Shown here piece by piece: positions 61,021-64,000 of a stretch of 64,000 bases of DNA. A program made the translations under genes and the position numbers. The stretch spans positions 1,550,001-1,614,000 of the forward strand of contig NEEC01000008.1 of assembly GCA_002189035.1 (NCBI GenBank), written 5' to 3'. How positions within the stretch are numbered: position 1 is the first letter of the stretch; each line of letters starts with the position of its first letter. The notes beneath the pieces are model-generated. The model made no database searches. It saw only the letters and a program-made list of their open reading frames with translations, and had not been told where the DNA came from. Origin of the DNA: Utricularia gibba. Taxonomy: Eukaryota > Plantae > Magnoliophyta.

Positions 61021-64000
61021 ATGTATACGGCTTTATCTTCCGAATCTCTTGAATCGGCTGCCCAAGAAGTTCTTCCGGGATCTTCCAATTCAAATGGAAA
61101 ATCAGCGCATTGCCTTTTGCCGTGCGATCACGAGGTGAGGGAAGATAATCCAGTTGAGGAGACCAGGGGAAATTCTTACGTTCATGATGAAGACGACGAG
61201 GAGGAAGATGCGGATTTCAACCCTTTTGTTAAAAGTGATTCTGCTGAGGCTTCTTCGAGTTTGAGTTCTGAAGTTGAAGACTTGGACATCAATGAGAATG
61301 GTAATAATAGGGAAAAGTGTGAGGAGGCCCATGGTGAGATTTTTGAAGAAAAACATGTATTGGGTGAGGGAGAATGCAGTAGTAGTATTTGCAGGAACAT
61401 CAGCTTGGCTGAGGAAAATATCATGCAATCCATTTCTCCATCCGAGGACTATTGTGGAATTCAAAATGAAAAAACTTTTACTGCAACTGCAGAGGATGGG
61501 CCGTTAATGATTCCTCAGTCAGAAATGTTTTCCCTTTCTGACAACTGTATTGATACAGTGCATCAAACAGATTCAAGTTGTGCTGCAGATGATGGGAAGG
61601 CCGCAGCGGATGTGGACGGTGATGGTGCAATCTGTATGCGGACTAGAGCTCGTTATTCTCTTGCAAAGTTCACTCTTGATGAGCTGGAGACGTTTCTTCA
61701 GGAAACAGATGATGAAGAGGATCTCCAAAGGGTTGATGATGAAGAGGAATATAAAAAGTTCCTTGCAGCTGTTTTGCGAGGTGATGAATTTCAGAATGAG
61801 CAAGAGAATGGAAATGGTGATGATGAGGATGAAGAAAATGATGCTGATTTTGAACTTGAACTAGAAGAAGCATTGGAAAGTGAGCCTGAGGATGTTGAAC
61901 GGCGGCGTATGACTAGGCTAAATAAACGACAAAAAACTTCGCGTGAGAACAACAAGAAGCTTTCTCAGCATGCTGGTCGCCAGTTGCGCCCGCTGATTCC
62001 ATTATCATTAGCTTCATATCCTTTTTCTGAGGGGAGCCAACTTACTCCTAACATTCCTCAGCCATTTGCACCACCTGGAAATAATAGCTTGTGTGGTTTT
62101 ACACCTCTTCAAATAGGCCAGCTGCATTGTCTGATTCATGAGCATGTACAACTACTTATTCAGATTTTCACCATTTGTGTTTTTGAGCCTGTTAAAAGCC
62201 ACATTGCTGCAGAGGTTAAGGAATTAATTTCAGAGATGCTACGAATCAGAGATCAAGCCACAGCCTGGAAAAAAGTACCATATCCAAGCTTTTGCTTTTT
62301 TCCTCCATATGTGCATCCATCAGTGGCAGATGAGGATCCGAGGATGTTGCAACCAAATTGCAGCTACAGAAATCTGATCCAGGATGCACCATCAGCAAGT
62401 AATAAGGATGTGCCTTCTTATTTCAGTTCTTTGTCGAATGAGAAGTGTGTGTCTTTGCCTGGCAACCAGGCTGGCTTTTCTAGAAATCCTGATTCCACAT
62501 CATGGACTCCTTATATCTGTGGGCCAGTGCTATCTGTGTTAGATGTAGCCCCACTGAGATTAGTTGAGAGCTATGTCGATGATGTTACATCTGGTATGCA
62601 ATATCAAAAGCATGATATCTTTAGTGCAGTTCATTTCCATATTCTTCTGGTCCTTTCACGTTCTCACATGCTTCTGTGATTTCTTTGCAGTGGTGAGAGC
62701 ATATGAAAGATGCCAAATCGAACTTGGTTTTGAGAATCAGAGCCAATCAGAGCCTTTGTTTCCATATCCTAGCAATATAGGTTATGCTGAATCCGATAGT
62801 CAGGGAGAAATTGAAAACAGTTCTCTTGAATCCAATGAGGTTCGTTCTTCTTTGTCTGGTAGTGATGTTCCAAAGAAGACAATGGCTGCATCCCTGCTTA
62901 AGAAAGCCAAAAGCCAACCAGTTTCTCTCGTACCAAAAGATATCGCAAAATTAGCTCAGAGGTTTGGGCCACTGTTTAATCCCGCTCTTTATCCCCACAA
63001 GCCCCCTCCTGCACCTCTTGCCAATCGGGTGCTTTTTACTGATGCAGAGGATGAGTGAGTACATGCTTTACTACTCTTTTTTTGTGCATTGCCTTATTTT
63101 AAGCAAATCATGCAATCTTCTTAACAATCATATGTAAGGGAGGACATAGTCTTTCAATTATGTGGAGTTGTTGATAGTATGATATCCACAGGTCCAGCAT
63201 TGTGATTTCATTGGTGAGAGTTCTTTTTTTTTTCTATCAGATTACTGGCATTGGGGTTAATGGAATTTAATACTGACTGGAAGGCTATACAGCAGAGATT
63301 TCTTCCTTGCAAATCTACGCATCAGGTGAATAAATTGTGATGGTTTCATTGTACCTTGCTTATGCTAATACGATGTATTGCCTGAAACAGATTTTTGTGA
63401 GGCAAAAGAATCGTGCATCCTCGAAAGCACCAGAAAATCCTATAAAGGTACCTAATTTACCCTTTTTTTTCATCTAATTTTTGAACCTGAGATCAAGATT
63501 GATCATAATGTAGGTGGTGCGGAGGATGAAAAACTCTCCCTTGACGTCCGAGGAGATTGCTCGTATTGAAGCAGTAAGTGTTTGAAAAAGTTTAATTTCA
63601 GACATCACATACCATTCACTTCCTACTCAATGCTTGATCATATTGGTTTAGGGTCTGAAAAAATTTAAGCTCGATTGGATGTCAATTTGGAGGTTTCTCG
63701 TTCCATATAGAGATCCATCAATTCTTCCTCGACAGTGGAGAATTGCTTCAGGTACACAAAAGTCCTATAAATCGGATGCAAATAAGAAAGCAAAGCGCCT
63801 TTTGTATGAATTAAGGAGAAAGGCTACCAAAACTTCTCCACTATCATCAGATTCACCACTGGAAAACAAGGTATCAACTTATCTTTAATTTAATTTTAGA
63901 GGGTTTATCCAGGAACAGATTAACGAATATCTTTAATTGTAGGTTTATGCCACTGATAGTGGTACTGGAGAAGCTAGCTGCTGGAGTAAGCATGCTGACA
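61021..64000 (+). CDS. DUO3: DUO POLLEN 3 / GON-4-like homeodomain-like protein, 3' partial
   Basis: Acidic N-terminus, AICMRTRARYSLAKFTLDELETFLQETDDEEDLQRVDDEEEYKKFLAAVL, QIGQLHCLIHEHVQLLIQ, NRVLFTDAEDELLALGLMEFNTDWKAIQQRFLPCKSTHQIFVRQKNR and YRDPSILPRQWRIA. Confidence 0.9.

Overview
Plant nuclear DNA (eudicot-type genes, GT-AG introns often only 70-100 bp, AT-rich intergenic islands). It is gene-dense, with about 17 protein-coding loci in 64 kb. In order: a BOI-related RING E3 ligase (5' partial), RPL27, an uncharacterised Ser-rich protein, a METTL25/RRNAD1-like methyltransferase, PEX5, a hapless-8-like zinc-finger gene with a decayed 5' end, a BES1/BZR1 homolog, a GDSL lipase, a CTD small-phosphatase-like gene, a drastically shortened GIP1/DUF1296-like locus, LHCB1, a small Cys-tailed membrane protein, KASI, GA2ox, a DusA-type tRNA-dihydrouridine synthase, an EFR3/SRL2-like ARM protein, a small unknown protein and DUO3 (3' partial). 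Family assignments come from recalled motifs, not database searches. I found no rRNA, tRNA, CRISPR array or transposase. The strongest unexplained pattern is at least six -1 frameshifts, each in a G/C run one base too short, including one in KASI; this most likely reflects uncorrected long-read homopolymer error rather than real pseudogenes. I cannot support a novel multi-gene biological system. The best leads are two decaying or miniaturised genes, several unidentified coding-like or ncRNA-like islands, and two candidate GC-AG introns.
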